64,000 nucleotides of DNA from Atribacterota bacterium (GCA_040767965.1 JAXGNR010000005.1:64001-128000), one strand, 5' to 3'. Positions 9,560-20,299 are shown, counted from the first letter of the stretch. Notes: generated by a model from the sequence alone, not told the origin. Program-made: numbers and translations.

Positions 9560-9596
9560 ATTTGAAATTTAATATAATGTACAAGGAGATGTAAAA

Positions 9597-10979
9597 ATGG
9601 AAGAGTTACAATTAAACAAAGAAGCTGATTTGGGAGGAGAGGCTATCAATCCCATTCCCTACAGCAAAAGAACAGTAAATCCGGCCACATTATCTGCTAT
9701 TTGGTTTGGAATGGCTGTACAGCTAGCAATTTTTATGGCATCAGGACTAATGTATCCTTCACTATCAGTAAAAAACATTTTCATAGCACTTGTTTTGGCA
9801 AATACTTTGGTAACAGCAATAATATTTTTCACTCAAGACATTGGAATAAAATATGGCATTCCTTTTACCGTATCAACCAGAGCTTCTTTTGGTTATCTGG
9901 GAACCCATTTACCGGCAGTATTGAGAGCTGTACCGGCAGTATTCTGGTTTGGTTTTCAGACCTGGATCGGTTCAATGGCATTAGACGAGCTTAGCAAATT
10001 AATTTTTGGCTGGTCAAATCTAACATTTTATATTATCTTTTTCGGAGTATTGCAAATATTAACAACATTTTATGGGATTAAATTCATTTCACTACTAAAC
10101 TGGATAGGTTCACCAGTTTTATTGTTAATAGGAATTTATATTATTTTTTTATTGTTAAAGGCAAACAACGTTTCCTTGTCTCAGGTTATGAGTATGGGAG
10201 GAGAAGGCGGAGGTATTTCTTTACCGCTGGCGGTGATGGCACTTTTAGGAGGATGGGCTACATTGGCAGTTAGTATCCAGGATATTGTCCGAAATTGTCA
10301 CTACAGCGAAAAAGATGCCCAAAGTACTTATTTAAAAGCTAATGGTAAGTGGTTTGCTGCCCAGTGGATTGGCTGTGTTCCAGCAGGAGTACTATTTGGA
10401 ACAATTGGCGCCATGTCAATGGCATTAACTGGAGAGTGGAACCCAGTTGCCGTAATTGCTAATTTACCAGTACCGAAAACTGCTATTATTGTAGCGCAAT
10501 TTTTTGTTTTTCTAGCTACCTGGACTACTAATCCTGCTGCTAACTTGTTAAATCCATCATATACTCTATGCAATTTATTAAACGGTAAAATTGATTATTT
10601 TAAGAGTGTTATCATTGTAGGATCTCTTGGTTTGATTGCTCAACCATGGAAGGTTTCAGGTAATTTGCTTAATATTATGGGCTTTATTTCAGCTGCATTG
10701 GCTCCCGTTGCTGGAATTTTAATATGTGACTATTTTGTCTTAAGAAATAGAAATCTGAATATAAATGCCTTATACAATTCTCATGCATATTACAAATATG
10801 CAAATGGTATTAATCCTGCCGCTATAATTGCTTATATTATTGGAGTTATTTGCTCAATTCCTTTCTGGGATTATGTTTATATTGTCGGAATTGTGACAGG
10901 TTTTATCAGTTATTATATTTTAATGAAATTCTGGATTGTCAAGATCTATCGTCAACCTGATGTTACAGGGAGCAAATAA
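9597..10979 (+). CDS. hyuP: NCS1-family hydantoin/allantoin permease (Mhp1/HyuP-like)
   Basis: About 12 TM segments. GIKYGIPFTVSTRASFG, WFGFQTW and ATWTTNPAAN match Mhp1-type motifs. Confidence 0.85.
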   Translation: MEELQLNKEADLGGEAINPIPYSKRTVNPATLSAIWFGMAVQLAIFMASGLMYPSLSVKNIFIALVLANTLVTAIIFFTQDIGIKYGIPFTVSTRASFGYLGTHLPAVLRAVPAVFWFGFQTWIGSMALDELSKLIFGWSNLTFYIIFFGVLQILTTFYGIKFISLLNWIGSPVLLLIGIYIIFLLLKANNVSLSQVMSMGGEGGGISLPLAVMALLGGWATLAVSIQDIVRNCHYSEKDAQSTYLKANGKWFAAQWIGCVPAGVLFGTIGAMSMALTGEWNPVAVIANLPVPKTAIIVAQFFVFLATWTTNPAANLLNPSYTLCNLLNGKIDYFKSVIIVGSLGLIAQPWKVSGNLLNIMGFISAALAPVAGILICDYFVLRNRNLNINALYNSHAYYKYANGINPAAIIAYIIGVICSIPFWDYVYIVGIVTGFISYYILMKFWIVKIYRQPDVTGSK

Positions 10980-10981
10980 CA

Positions 10982-11713
10982 ATGAAAATCTTTGTTATCA
11001 ATCCAAACACTTCAGTGGAGATGACTGCTGGAATAAATCAAATGGCTGTGAAATATGCCCGGGAAGGTACTGAGATTACTACAGTTTCTCCCAAAAAAGG
11101 GCCCAGAACAATTGAAAGTTCGTATGAAGAATCTTTGGTTGCAGAAGGGGTTTTAGAAAGAGTACTTGAAGCCAATCATAAAGATTTTGATGCTATTGTA
11201 ATTGCTTGTTATGGTGACCCTCATTTGCATAGTGCTAAAGAAATTTCTGAAATACCTGTTTTTGGGATTGCAGAAGCTTCTATGCACATGGCTTGTCTAT
11301 TAGGATATAAATTTTCAATTGTAACTGTTTTGGAAAGAGCCAGACCTATTTTTGAAGAACTGGTTAAGCGTACCGGGCTTACCGAAAAATGTGCTTCAAT
11401 TAAAACAACCAGTCTATCAGTAGCTGAATTAGAAAAAGATCCTGGCATAACAGTTCAGGTGTTAATTGAAGCAGCATCTCTGGCGATCAAGGAAGATGGA
11501 GCTGAGGTGATCTGTTTAGGTTGTGCTGGTATGTATGGCCTGGACAAAGAAATTGAAAAATCAATAGGAGTGCCTGTGCTAGATGGGGTAGTATGTGCAG
11601 TTAAAATGGCAGAATCGGCCTATGATTATAATTTAAAGCATTCTAAGATAAAAGCTTATCAAAAACCAGGACCAAAAGAATTTTTAGGAATGAAAGAATT
11701 TGAGATAAAATAG
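10982..11713 (+). CDS. hyuA: Hydantoin/allantoin racemase (Asp/Glu racemase family)
   Basis: Motif INPNTS and the two catalytic Cys motifs IACYGDP and LGCAGM. Confidence 0.9.
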   Translation: MKIFVINPNTSVEMTAGINQMAVKYAREGTEITTVSPKKGPRTIESSYEESLVAEGVLERVLEANHKDFDAIVIACYGDPHLHSAKEISEIPVFGIAEASMHMACLLGYKFSIVTVLERARPIFEELVKRTGLTEKCASIKTTSLSVAELEKDPGITVQVLIEAASLAIKEDGAEVICLGCAGMYGLDKEIEKSIGVPVLDGVVCAVKMAESAYDYNLKHSKIKAYQKPGPKEFLGMKEFEIK

Positions 11714-11763
11714 ATTTCGTATTAAAATATTTAGAATAAATATTAGAAGGGATTGGTATTCAT

Positions 11764-13131
11764 ATGAGTAATAAAGTAGATTTAGTTGTAAAGAATGCTA
11801 AAATTGTCAGCCCTGCTGGAATTGTCGAAGCAGGTCTTGCTGTTAAGGGTGAAAAATTTGTGGCTATTGCAAAAGATGAAGAATTGCCCCAAGCTGAAAA
11901 GATAATTGATGCCAAAGGAAATTATGTAATGCCAGGAATAGTAGAGGAACATATTCATATTCTTGACATGAAATTAAATGAATGGGGAGATTATGCCTTT
12001 GATAGTGGATCAGCAGCAGTGGGCGGAGTTACTACTGTTATGGAGATGCCACTAACTGTCCCACCCACCACTACTCTGGAAGCTTTTCTGGAGAAAAAAG
12101 AAGTTGCATCTAAAAAGTTCCGTGTTGATTTTGCCCTGTATGGTGGAGTTGTTCCAGGACAATATCAGGAAGTATGCAAAATGGCAGAAGCAGGGGCAGT
12201 TGGATTCAAATCAATGATGGCCGGTTCAGTTCCCGGAGTATTTGAGGCTTCTGATGATGGTGAGTTACTGGAAGGATTTAGAGCCATAGCAGAATGCGAT
12301 TCGGTTATTACCGTACATTGTGAAAATGATGCCATTATTAATATGCTGGAAAATAAATTGAAAAGCGCTGGCCGTAAAGACATGCAAGCATTTTTTGAAT
12401 CACGTCCAATTTCACAGGAAATTGACTCCATAAAGAGGGCACTATTTTGGGCAGATGTTGCTGGGTGTCATTTGCATGTTGTTCATGTAAGTTGCCCTGA
12501 AGGTATTTCAATTATTAAAGAAGCCAAATACAAAGGACAAAGGGTAACCTGTGAAACTGGCCCACATTATCTAGTATTGAGCCAGGAAGATGGCGACAGG
12601 ATTGGTCCATATATGAAATTTGCACCACCAGCCAGAAGCAAAAAACATACTGAAGAGTTATGGAAACAGCTGGCTAAAGGTGATATTGATACACTTGCTT
12701 CAGACCATGGCCCTCATCCAAAAGAAAATAAAGAAGCAGGATGGAAAGATATCTGGGTTGCCGGAAATGGTGCAATAGGCCTGGAGGCTATTTTACCAGT
12801 AATGCTAAGTGAAGGAGTCAATAAAGGCAGAATATCTTTTGAGAAATTAGTAGAATTATTAAGTCAGAATCCTGCCAGAATATTCGGATTATATCCTCAA
12901 AAGGGAGCTATCCAAATTGGCTCTGATGCTGATTTCGTTATTGTTGACTTGAATAAGGAGTTTGTGATTGATGCTGAAAAGTTCTATTCTAAACAAAAAC
13001 ACAGTCCTTTTAACGGGTTTGAGGGCAAAGGCAAACCGATTATGACAGTTGTCAGGGGAAATATTGTTGCTGAAGAAGGAAAACTATTAAGTGAACCTGG
13101 CTTTGGTAAATTCATATCCCGCAAGAAATAA
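11764..13131 (+). CDS. hyuH: L-hydantoinase / allantoinase-type cyclic amidohydrolase
   Basis: EHIH metal motif, carboxylated-Lys region GFKSMMAGSVPG, HCEN, LASDH. Many segments match Arthrobacter aurescens HyuH as I recall it. Confidence 0.85.
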   Translation: MSNKVDLVVKNAKIVSPAGIVEAGLAVKGEKFVAIAKDEELPQAEKIIDAKGNYVMPGIVEEHIHILDMKLNEWGDYAFDSGSAAVGGVTTVMEMPLTVPPTTTLEAFLEKKEVASKKFRVDFALYGGVVPGQYQEVCKMAEAGAVGFKSMMAGSVPGVFEASDDGELLEGFRAIAECDSVITVHCENDAIINMLENKLKSAGRKDMQAFFESRPISQEIDSIKRALFWADVAGCHLHVVHVSCPEGISIIKEAKYKGQRVTCETGPHYLVLSQEDGDRIGPYMKFAPPARSKKHTEELWKQLAKGDIDTLASDHGPHPKENKEAGWKDIWVAGNGAIGLEAILPVMLSEGVNKGRISFEKLVELLSQNPARIFGLYPQKGAIQIGSDADFVIVDLNKEFVIDAEKFYSKQKHSPFNGFEGKGKPIMTVVRGNIVAEEGKLLSEPGFGKFISRKK

Positions 13132-13152
13132 AGAAAGGCTTGGAAGATAAAG

Positions 13153-14385
13153 ATGTCAGCAAATTTAGATAATATAAGAAATGACATTGATAAGTTAGCT
13201 GAATTTAACGCTACACCCGCAAATGGTTTAACAAGATTTTCTTATACTGATGAACATCAGAAAGTAAAAGAATACATTTCTCAGGAAATGAAAAAAGCCG
13301 GACTGGAAATATACGAGGATGCAGTTGGAAATTTGTTTGGACAACGTAGTGGGTTGGACAATTCTTTACCGGTGGTGATGGTGGGTTCTCATTTTGATTC
13401 AGTTAAAAATGGTGGAATATTTGATGGTACAGCAGGAGTTGTTGCAGGCCTTGAAATTGCCAGAATTTTGCATAGTAAAAATATCAAGACAAAGTATCCT
13501 ATTTTCATTGCTGCTCTTGTTGAAGAAGAAGGCGGCCGTTTCGGAAGTGGACTTTTTGGTAGCAGAGCAATGATTGGAAAAGTAGCACAGGATGATTTAA
13601 GCCGATATAAAGATGAAAATGGAGTAAGTATTGCAGAAGCAATGCAAAAATTTGGTTTAAAGCCAGAAAACCTGGAGAAAGCCAATAACTGGAAAGATAA
13701 AATAAAATCTTTCATTGAACTCCATATTGAACAAGGTCCAATTCTAGAAAATGAAAAAAAAGATATAGGTATTGTTGAAACAATCGTTGGTATCGCGGCA
13801 TATGAGGTAGAAATTACTGGTAGACCAGATCATGCAGGAACTACACCAATTGACATGAGAGCAAATGCCCTCTTGCTGGCAAGTGCGATTGTGCAATATG
13901 TTGACAAGCTGGCTATTGAAGCCGGAGAAGGGACTGTTGCTACAGTAGGAAAATTGGAAGTATTTCCTGGAGCAGTCAATATTGTTCCCGGGAAAGTTTA
14001 TTTTACCTTTGAAACAAGATCAAGAAACGAGCATAAGGTTGAACATATTGTGAATAGTGTTGAAGGTTTTTTAAAAGAAAAATGCAAAAATGGTCTTACT
14101 TATAATATTAAGAAAATACTATTAAAGAAACCAACACCGCTTTCTCCAAAAATAATCTCAACCATGGAAGAAAATGCAAAAAGATTAAATTTAAATTACA
14201 AAAATATGATTAGTGGTGCCGGACATGATGCTATGTTCATCAGAGAAATAGCGGATACTGGAATGGTATTTGTGCCAAGCAAAAACGGCAGAAGTCATTG
14301 CCCTGAAGAGTGGACCGATTATGAAAAAATAAAAATAGGAACTGATCTAATATATCAAACAGTTTTGGGTTTAGCTGAGATATAA
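13153..14385 (+). CDS. hyuC: N-carbamoyl-L-amino-acid amidohydrolase (M20, HyuC/AllC family)
   Basis: Motifs GSHFDSV, EEEGGRF, ELHIEQGP, DHAGTTP, SGAGHDA and SHCPEE. Confidence 0.88.
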   Translation: MSANLDNIRNDIDKLAEFNATPANGLTRFSYTDEHQKVKEYISQEMKKAGLEIYEDAVGNLFGQRSGLDNSLPVVMVGSHFDSVKNGGIFDGTAGVVAGLEIARILHSKNIKTKYPIFIAALVEEEGGRFGSGLFGSRAMIGKVAQDDLSRYKDENGVSIAEAMQKFGLKPENLEKANNWKDKIKSFIELHIEQGPILENEKKDIGIVETIVGIAAYEVEITGRPDHAGTTPIDMRANALLLASAIVQYVDKLAIEAGEGTVATVGKLEVFPGAVNIVPGKVYFTFETRSRNEHKVEHIVNSVEGFLKEKCKNGLTYNIKKILLKKPTPLSPKIISTMEENAKRLNLNYKNMISGAGHDAMFIREIADTGMVFVPSKNGRSHCPEEWTDYEKIKIGTDLIYQTVLGLAEI

Positions 14386-14473
14386 AAATAATTTACAAAA
14401 CACTTTCTGAATTTTCTAGAAAAATACAGAAGAATGTGAATAATAATTCTTATTAAATTAAAGTTCAATTCTT

Positions 14474-14510
14474 ATAAAGGGGGGATAAAAATCCCCTCTT
14501 TATTATTTTC
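14474..14510 (+). terminator. Intrinsic terminator ending the hydantoin operon
   Basis: Stem-loop ATAAAGGGGGGAT-AAAA-ATCCCCTCTTTAT followed by a T-rich tail. Confidence 0.7.
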
Positions 14511-14790
14511 AAAATAATAATTATAAAAGATAAAAAAATAGTATATTTTTTAATAAAACGGATTCTTCATGATATATTAAATATATATTAAGTATTAAGG
14601 TATTATTAAGGTAAAATAACATTTAAACAGAGAAAGAGAAAATATAAAATAATTATTTTAAAATTAATGATGGTAAAAAATAATAAATATATATATTTAT
14701 TTGAAAAAGGAAATATTTTCCTGTGGAATATTGTAAAATAATAAAGATAATAGAGATATTCCTGAATATTTCTAAAAAGAAGGATTACAA

Positions 14791-16107
14791 ATGTGTGACA
14801 CGATAATTGCTTTAGGATCTTCCACCGCGCACGGTATTACTTTATTTGGAAAAAATAGTGATAGAGAGCCGGATGAGGCGCAAAATATAAATATTATTCC
14901 TGCTAAAAAACATCAACCAGGGAAAATGGTAGAATGCACGTATCTTAAAATTCCTCAGGCAACTGAAACTTATCGGACAATTCTTTGTCAGCCCTTTTGG
15001 ATGTTTGGAGCAGAAATGGGAGCAAATGAATATGGAGTAGCAATTGGCAATGAAGCTATTTTTACCCGCGAAAATACAATCGCAAATGGACTAACCGGAA
15101 TGGATTTAGTCCGTTTGGCTCTGGAACGAAGCAAAACAGCCCGGCAGGCACTGCATACTATTATCAAACTGCTAGAAGAATATGGACAGGGAGGAAATTG
15201 CGGTTATCGATTTAAGCTTAGCTATATGAATAGTTTTATTATCGCTGATAGGAGAGAAGCTTTTGTTTTGGAAACAGTAAAAAGATGGTGGGCATGGAAA
15301 AAAATTAAACAATTCTGGAGCATTTCCAATGTTATTTCTTTAGAGAAGGATCTAGATGACTGCTCAGAAGGACTTATCAGTAATGCTGTGAAAAAAGGAT
15401 ATTGTAAAAGTGAGCAAGATTTTAATTTTAGAAAATGCTATTCGGGAAAATTGATGACCTGGGCTGCAAAAGGGATAAAAAGGGAACAGCGGTCCCGCGA
15501 ATTGCTTAACCAAAGAAAAAATGCTTTTACAGTAAAAGATTTTCTGAAAATTCTCAGAGACCATGGAGAGAAAAAAAATGACCAGCAATGGAATCCTATA
15601 CAGAATAGTCCTACTATTTGTATGCATGCAGCTGATCAATTGTTCCGTAGAACTCAAACAGTTTGTTCTTTTATTGCACAGTTAGGACCTGATAAAGAAA
15701 TTTTTTATACTACCGGGGCTTCCAATCCTTGTATAAGCGCTTATTTTCCGGTTTTTTTAAATAAAACTTTTTTGCCTGCTAAATATATCAAAGGGAACCA
15801 GTATTATAATAATGATTCTTTTTGGTGGCAGAGTGAGTTATTCCACCGCAATTCCCTGAAAAATTTTCCGGCGGTTGCAGAAAGTATACAACAGGTAATT
15901 AGTGATTATGAAGAAAAAATGATTTCTCACATTGAAAGTAATTACGCGGATATCGGTCAGGGTGCTATAGATAAATTTTTTTTACAGGTAAAAGAAATTA
16001 TTAAATATGGAAATGATCAATTAAAGAATATTGGAAATAGCCCATCTGGCCTGCTCTATCGTCGTTACTGGCATAAATACAACAATATTAATAAAATAAA
16101 TAATTGA
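14791..16107 (+). CDS. C69 family dipeptidase / secernin-like Ntn hydrolase
   Basis: N-terminal nucleophile MCDT, FGKNSDREPDE, GAEMGANEYGVAIGNEA. Confidence 0.9.
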   Translation: MCDTIIALGSSTAHGITLFGKNSDREPDEAQNINIIPAKKHQPGKMVECTYLKIPQATETYRTILCQPFWMFGAEMGANEYGVAIGNEAIFTRENTIANGLTGMDLVRLALERSKTARQALHTIIKLLEEYGQGGNCGYRFKLSYMNSFIIADRREAFVLETVKRWWAWKKIKQFWSISNVISLEKDLDDCSEGLISNAVKKGYCKSEQDFNFRKCYSGKLMTWAAKGIKREQRSRELLNQRKNAFTVKDFLKILRDHGEKKNDQQWNPIQNSPTICMHAADQLFRRTQTVCSFIAQLGPDKEIFYTTGASNPCISAYFPVFLNKTFLPAKYIKGNQYYNNDSFWWQSELFHRNSLKNFPAVAESIQQVISDYEEKMISHIESNYADIGQGAIDKFFLQVKEIIKYGNDQLKNIGNSPSGLLYRRYWHKYNNINKINN

Positions 16108-16214
16108 ATTTATAAATGCTATTTAAAGATTTTAAATGTATGACAATAAAAAAATAGACAATAAAAATATATTATATTAAATATAACTTAAAAAAGAAAT
16201 GGATTAATTAGCCT

Positions 16215-17255
16215 ATGGAAAGAGAAATAAAACTAACTTCTTTTTTGCCTAAAACAAGATTAGAAGTAAAAGAAACTTTAATTGAAAAACCAAAATTTCC
16301 TTTTATTGACGGTCATTCGCATCTGCAGCTTCTAGGGAAAAAATGGTTTGAAAATCCTATAGAGAAAATGCTTGAAATGATGGATTTTTATGGATTGAAG
16401 GCTGTGGTAGATCTTGATGGATTAAAAAATGATGAGGTTTTACAATCCAATATACATCATTACAAAGAGAATGCCCCGGATCGATTTTATCATATGGCTG
16501 GTATCGAATGGGCACAATGGCCTGTAAAAGGAAATAGTTTTGGGGAATGGGCTGCTGAAAGCGTTGAGAAAAAAATAAAAATTGGCGCTTCAGGCATAAA
16601 AATATGGAAAAACCTTGGTCTGCATATTAAAGATGAAAAACAGGAGTTGGTAAAGGTTGATGATTACAGACTGGATCCCATCTTTGAGAAGGCTGCTCAA
16701 CTACAAATCCCGGTATATATGCATATAGCAGATCCGGTTGCATTTTTTGACCCTGTTGATGAATATAATGAAAGATGGGAAGAGCTAAGCCTAAGACCAG
16801 ACAGATCTTTCCATGGAAAACAATTTCCCTCTTTTCAAAAAATAATTAACCAGTTTGCCAATCTTATCCGACGGCATAAAAATACTATTTTTGTTGGTTG
16901 TCATGTAGCCGGATATGCTGAAAACTTAAGTTGGGTTTCATCTTTATTAGATGAATGTCCAAATCTTTTTATTGATATTTCAGGTAGAATTGGAGAATTG
17001 GGCAGACAGCCTTATACTTCTAGAAGATTCTTTTTAAAACAACAGGATCGAATTATTTTCGGTACTGACAGAATGCCTGAAATCGAATGGTATAAAATTT
17101 ATGCACGTTTTCTGGAAACAGATGATGAGTATTTTAATTATTTTACAACTTATCCTCCGCGACAGGGAAGATGGTTTATTTATGGCCTTAATTTACCGGA
17201 CAGTGTATTAAAAAAGGTCTATACTGAAAATGTCTTAAAAATATTTAAGAAATAG
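16215..17255 (+). CDS. Amidohydrolase_2 family protein
   Basis: Motifs IDGHSH, MHIADP and IIFGTD. Confidence 0.85.
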   Translation: MEREIKLTSFLPKTRLEVKETLIEKPKFPFIDGHSHLQLLGKKWFENPIEKMLEMMDFYGLKAVVDLDGLKNDEVLQSNIHHYKENAPDRFYHMAGIEWAQWPVKGNSFGEWAAESVEKKIKIGASGIKIWKNLGLHIKDEKQELVKVDDYRLDPIFEKAAQLQIPVYMHIADPVAFFDPVDEYNERWEELSLRPDRSFHGKQFPSFQKIINQFANLIRRHKNTIFVGCHVAGYAENLSWVSSLLDECPNLFIDISGRIGELGRQPYTSRRFFLKQQDRIIFGTDRMPEIEWYKIYARFLETDDEYFNYFTTYPPRQGRWFIYGLNLPDSVLKKVYTENVLKIFKK

Positions 17256-17324
17256 AAATAGCAGAATTACTTAATAATATTTTCAAGTTTTAGTTGAAGA
17301 AATAAATAAGAAGGGAGCAGAGCA

Positions 17325-18530
17325 GTGAGTGAATGTGAATACAATTTTGATCAGGTTATCTCCAGAAAAGGTACTTATAGTGCAAAATGGCAGGGGTATG
17401 AAAAAAGATTTACTGGTTATGATGTAAAAGATGCTCTTTGCATGTGGGTAGCTGATATGGATTTTTCTTGTCCGAAGGAGGTAATTGAGGCTGTTCAACA
17501 AAGAGCAGCACATGGTATATACGGATATACTTCTGAAGATGCAGTAATTGCCTTTAAAAAAGCTGCTGCCGGCTGGTTTGAAAGACACTATTTATTTTCA
17601 ACAGAAATAGACTGGATGATATTTATCCCGGGAATTGTGCCTTCAGTAAATTCAGTTATTCAGGAATTTACAAATATTGGAGATGGAGTAATAGTACAAC
17701 AACCTGTCTATTACCCTTTCAGTGATGCAGTTTTAAATTGTGAAAGGAAAATTAGAATTAATCAGCTAAAAGAAGAAGATGGTTATTATACAATAGACTT
17801 CGAAAATTTAGAAAAACTTGCTCAAGAAAAAAATACTAAACTTATTATACTTTGCAATCCCCATAATCCTGTAGGCAGAGTATGGAGCAAAAAAGAGTTG
17901 CTTCAGATTGTGGAAGTATGCCATAAAAATAATGTTATGGTATTTTCTGATGAGATACATGCAGATTTTATTATGGAAGGAAACCAATTTACTTCAGCAG
18001 GTACGTTACCTGTTGAATTTCGCGATAAGCTTATTTTTGCTTTTGCTCCTTCAAAAACATTTAATATTGCCGGATTGGGTGCTTCTTTAATAGTAATTCC
18101 TGATGATAAGATCAGAAAAAGGGCACAAAAAAGAATGACTATGAATCGATATCCCGGATCAAGTGTTTTTGGTCCTATTGCTGGAGAAGCTGCATATTTA
18201 CATGGTGAAAATTATAACAGGGAATTAGTAAAATATATCGAGTCTAATTTTGATTATGTGGTGAAATATTGCGCTGAGGAGTTGAGGGGAATTCAAATAA
18301 AAAAGCCTGAAGGAACCTATCTTGCCTGGTTAGATTTTAGAAAAACGGGAATGATTAATAAAGAAGTTAATTCTTTTGTACTTGAAAAAGCAAAAATTAC
18401 TGTAGATCCGGGAGAATGGTTTGGTTTGGGTGGAGATTGTTTTGTCAGAATGAACCTAGCCTGTCCCAGATCATTTGTGATGGAAGCTATGAATCGCTTG
18501 CAAAATGCACAACATGGTAAATATGCTTAA
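17325..18530 (+). CDS. patB: MalY/PatB family PLP-dependent C-S lyase
   Basis: Motifs MWVADMDF, LCNPHNPVG, SDEIHAD and SKTFNIAG. Confidence 0.88.
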   Translation: MSECEYNFDQVISRKGTYSAKWQGYEKRFTGYDVKDALCMWVADMDFSCPKEVIEAVQQRAAHGIYGYTSEDAVIAFKKAAAGWFERHYLFSTEIDWMIFIPGIVPSVNSVIQEFTNIGDGVIVQQPVYYPFSDAVLNCERKIRINQLKEEDGYYTIDFENLEKLAQEKNTKLIILCNPHNPVGRVWSKKELLQIVEVCHKNNVMVFSDEIHADFIMEGNQFTSAGTLPVEFRDKLIFAFAPSKTFNIAGLGASLIVIPDDKIRKRAQKRMTMNRYPGSSVFGPIAGEAAYLHGENYNRELVKYIESNFDYVVKYCAEELRGIQIKKPEGTYLAWLDFRKTGMINKEVNSFVLEKAKITVDPGEWFGLGGDCFVRMNLACPRSFVMEAMNRLQNAQHGKYA

Positions 18531-18566
18531 ATTTGTTTTTATTTTATTAAAATTGAGGTAAAGCAA

Positions 18567-19097
18567 ATGATAGAGAGAACATTGGTACTAATAAAACCTG
18601 ATGCTGTCAAAAGAAAATTAATTGGAAAAATTATAAGTCGATTTGAGCAGGTAGATTTAACTATAGAGGAAATGAAGCTGATAAATAAACCTGCTTTTAA
18701 TACAGTAGCAAAGCATTACCCCGAAAAAAAGGAATGGTTGCAATTAATAGGTCAAAAAACTATTGAAAGTTATCAAAAATATAACTTTGATTTAAAAAAG
18801 GATTTAGGGACTGAAGACACTTTACAAATTGGTAAGCAGGTCAGAAAATGGCTTATTGAGTATATAACCGAAGGGCCAATAATTGCAATCATTATAACTG
18901 GCAATCATGCCATAGAGATGGTAAGGAAAATGATTGGTCATACTGCTCCGATCTTTGCTGATTTGGGAACTATCAGAGGAGATTTTTCAATAGATTCAGC
19001 TGAGTTTGCAGACAAAGAAGGAAGAGCTATTTATAATTTAGTTCATGCTTCTGGTAATTCTGAAGAGGCCATTGAAGAAATAACTCTTTGGTTTTAA
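18567..19097 (+). CDS. ndk: Nucleoside diphosphate kinase
   Basis: ERTLVLIKPDA, GTIRGDF and NLVHAS (phospho-His). Confidence 0.93.
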   Translation: MIERTLVLIKPDAVKRKLIGKIISRFEQVDLTIEEMKLINKPAFNTVAKHYPEKKEWLQLIGQKTIESYQKYNFDLKKDLGTEDTLQIGKQVRKWLIEYITEGPIIAIIITGNHAIEMVRKMIGHTAPIFADLGTIRGDFSIDSAEFADKEGRAIYNLVHASGNSEEAIEEITLWF

Positions 19098-19186
19098 AGA
19101 TTAACATGAGGTCTAAATTACATTTAAAATATCGAATTCAAAATATCATTAAAAGAACTGATATTATTTAAAGAAAGGTTGAGAGA

Positions 19187-20221
19187 ATGGATCCTCTTCT
19201 ATTAGCAATTTTTATTACTCTGGTTTTATTAGTCTTGCTGATGCTGGTACTTTTATTCAGAGGCAACCCTGATAATATATCTAATAAAATTAATACAGTA
19301 ATCAGAGATTATTTTGTTGATTTTCAAAATGATTTACACAGTGAATTAAACTCAACAAGAAGTGAAGTTTCGCGTTCAAAGGATTTGATTTCAGACCATA
19401 CGATTAAAACTATTGAAACAATTAAAGACATGGGGGAAATAATTCATCGTATTATCCAGCAGCAGGAAGAAGCACAAAAACTAGGACAATCTTTAAAGGA
19501 TATTTTGCAGACACCAAAGCTAAGAGGAAATTATGGAGAAGTTATTCTGGAAGAAATATTGGACAGAGTATTGCCGAAAGGAATTTGGGAAAGGCAGTAC
19601 TCTATTAATGGCAGAGAACAGGTAGATGCGGTTGTTAAAATCCGTGACATAATAATACCTATTGATGCCAAATATCCTCGTGATGATTATCAGAGATATT
19701 TGGAAATGACCAGTAAAGAAGAAAAAGCAAGGTGCTGGAAAAATTATGAAAATGCTTTAAAGAGTCAAATTTTAAGTATTAAAAATAAATATATTCTTCC
19801 TGAAAAAGGGACATCTGAATTTGCTTTGATGTTTATACCATCTGAGGCTATTTATTATGAAACCATTGCTGAAAAAAATTTTTTAGGAGATCCTTCAAAA
19901 ATTTACGAATTTGCCCAGGAAAATAATGTTATCCCTGTAAGCCCCAATACTTTTTATGCTTTTTTACAAATAATAGTGATCAGTATCCGGAATTTGGATA
20001 TTATTAAGAATGCTAAAAAACTGCAGACAAGCTTAACCACAATTCAGAAGTCTTTTGACCAGTTTTATAATAAGTATGAAGAAATTGGGAAAAATATTGA
20101 GAAGGCACAGGATTCATATCGTGTAGGGAGTGGTCATATCGATCGTTATAAACGTAACCTTGATAAAACATTGCAATTAACTGAACTTTCAATGGAAGAT
20201 GAACAATATCCGCCTGAATAA
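19187..20221 (+). CDS. rmuC: DNA recombination protein RmuC
   Basis: N-terminal TM segment, KLRGNYGE, PIDAKYP, FALMFIPSE. Confidence 0.88.
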   Translation: MDPLLLAIFITLVLLVLLMLVLLFRGNPDNISNKINTVIRDYFVDFQNDLHSELNSTRSEVSRSKDLISDHTIKTIETIKDMGEIIHRIIQQQEEAQKLGQSLKDILQTPKLRGNYGEVILEEILDRVLPKGIWERQYSINGREQVDAVVKIRDIIIPIDAKYPRDDYQRYLEMTSKEEKARCWKNYENALKSQILSIKNKYILPEKGTSEFALMFIPSEAIYYETIAEKNFLGDPSKIYEFAQENNVIPVSPNTFYAFLQIIVISIRNLDIIKNAKKLQTSLTTIQKSFDQFYNKYEEIGKNIEKAQDSYRVGSGHIDRYKRNLDKTLQLTELSMEDEQYPPE

Positions 20222-20299
20222 CTATTATCAAATAGTAAATGATAAAATAAAAATGAAGGATGAAGTTCATGGATTCAGCTGGTATTTCAGGATGTGAAC

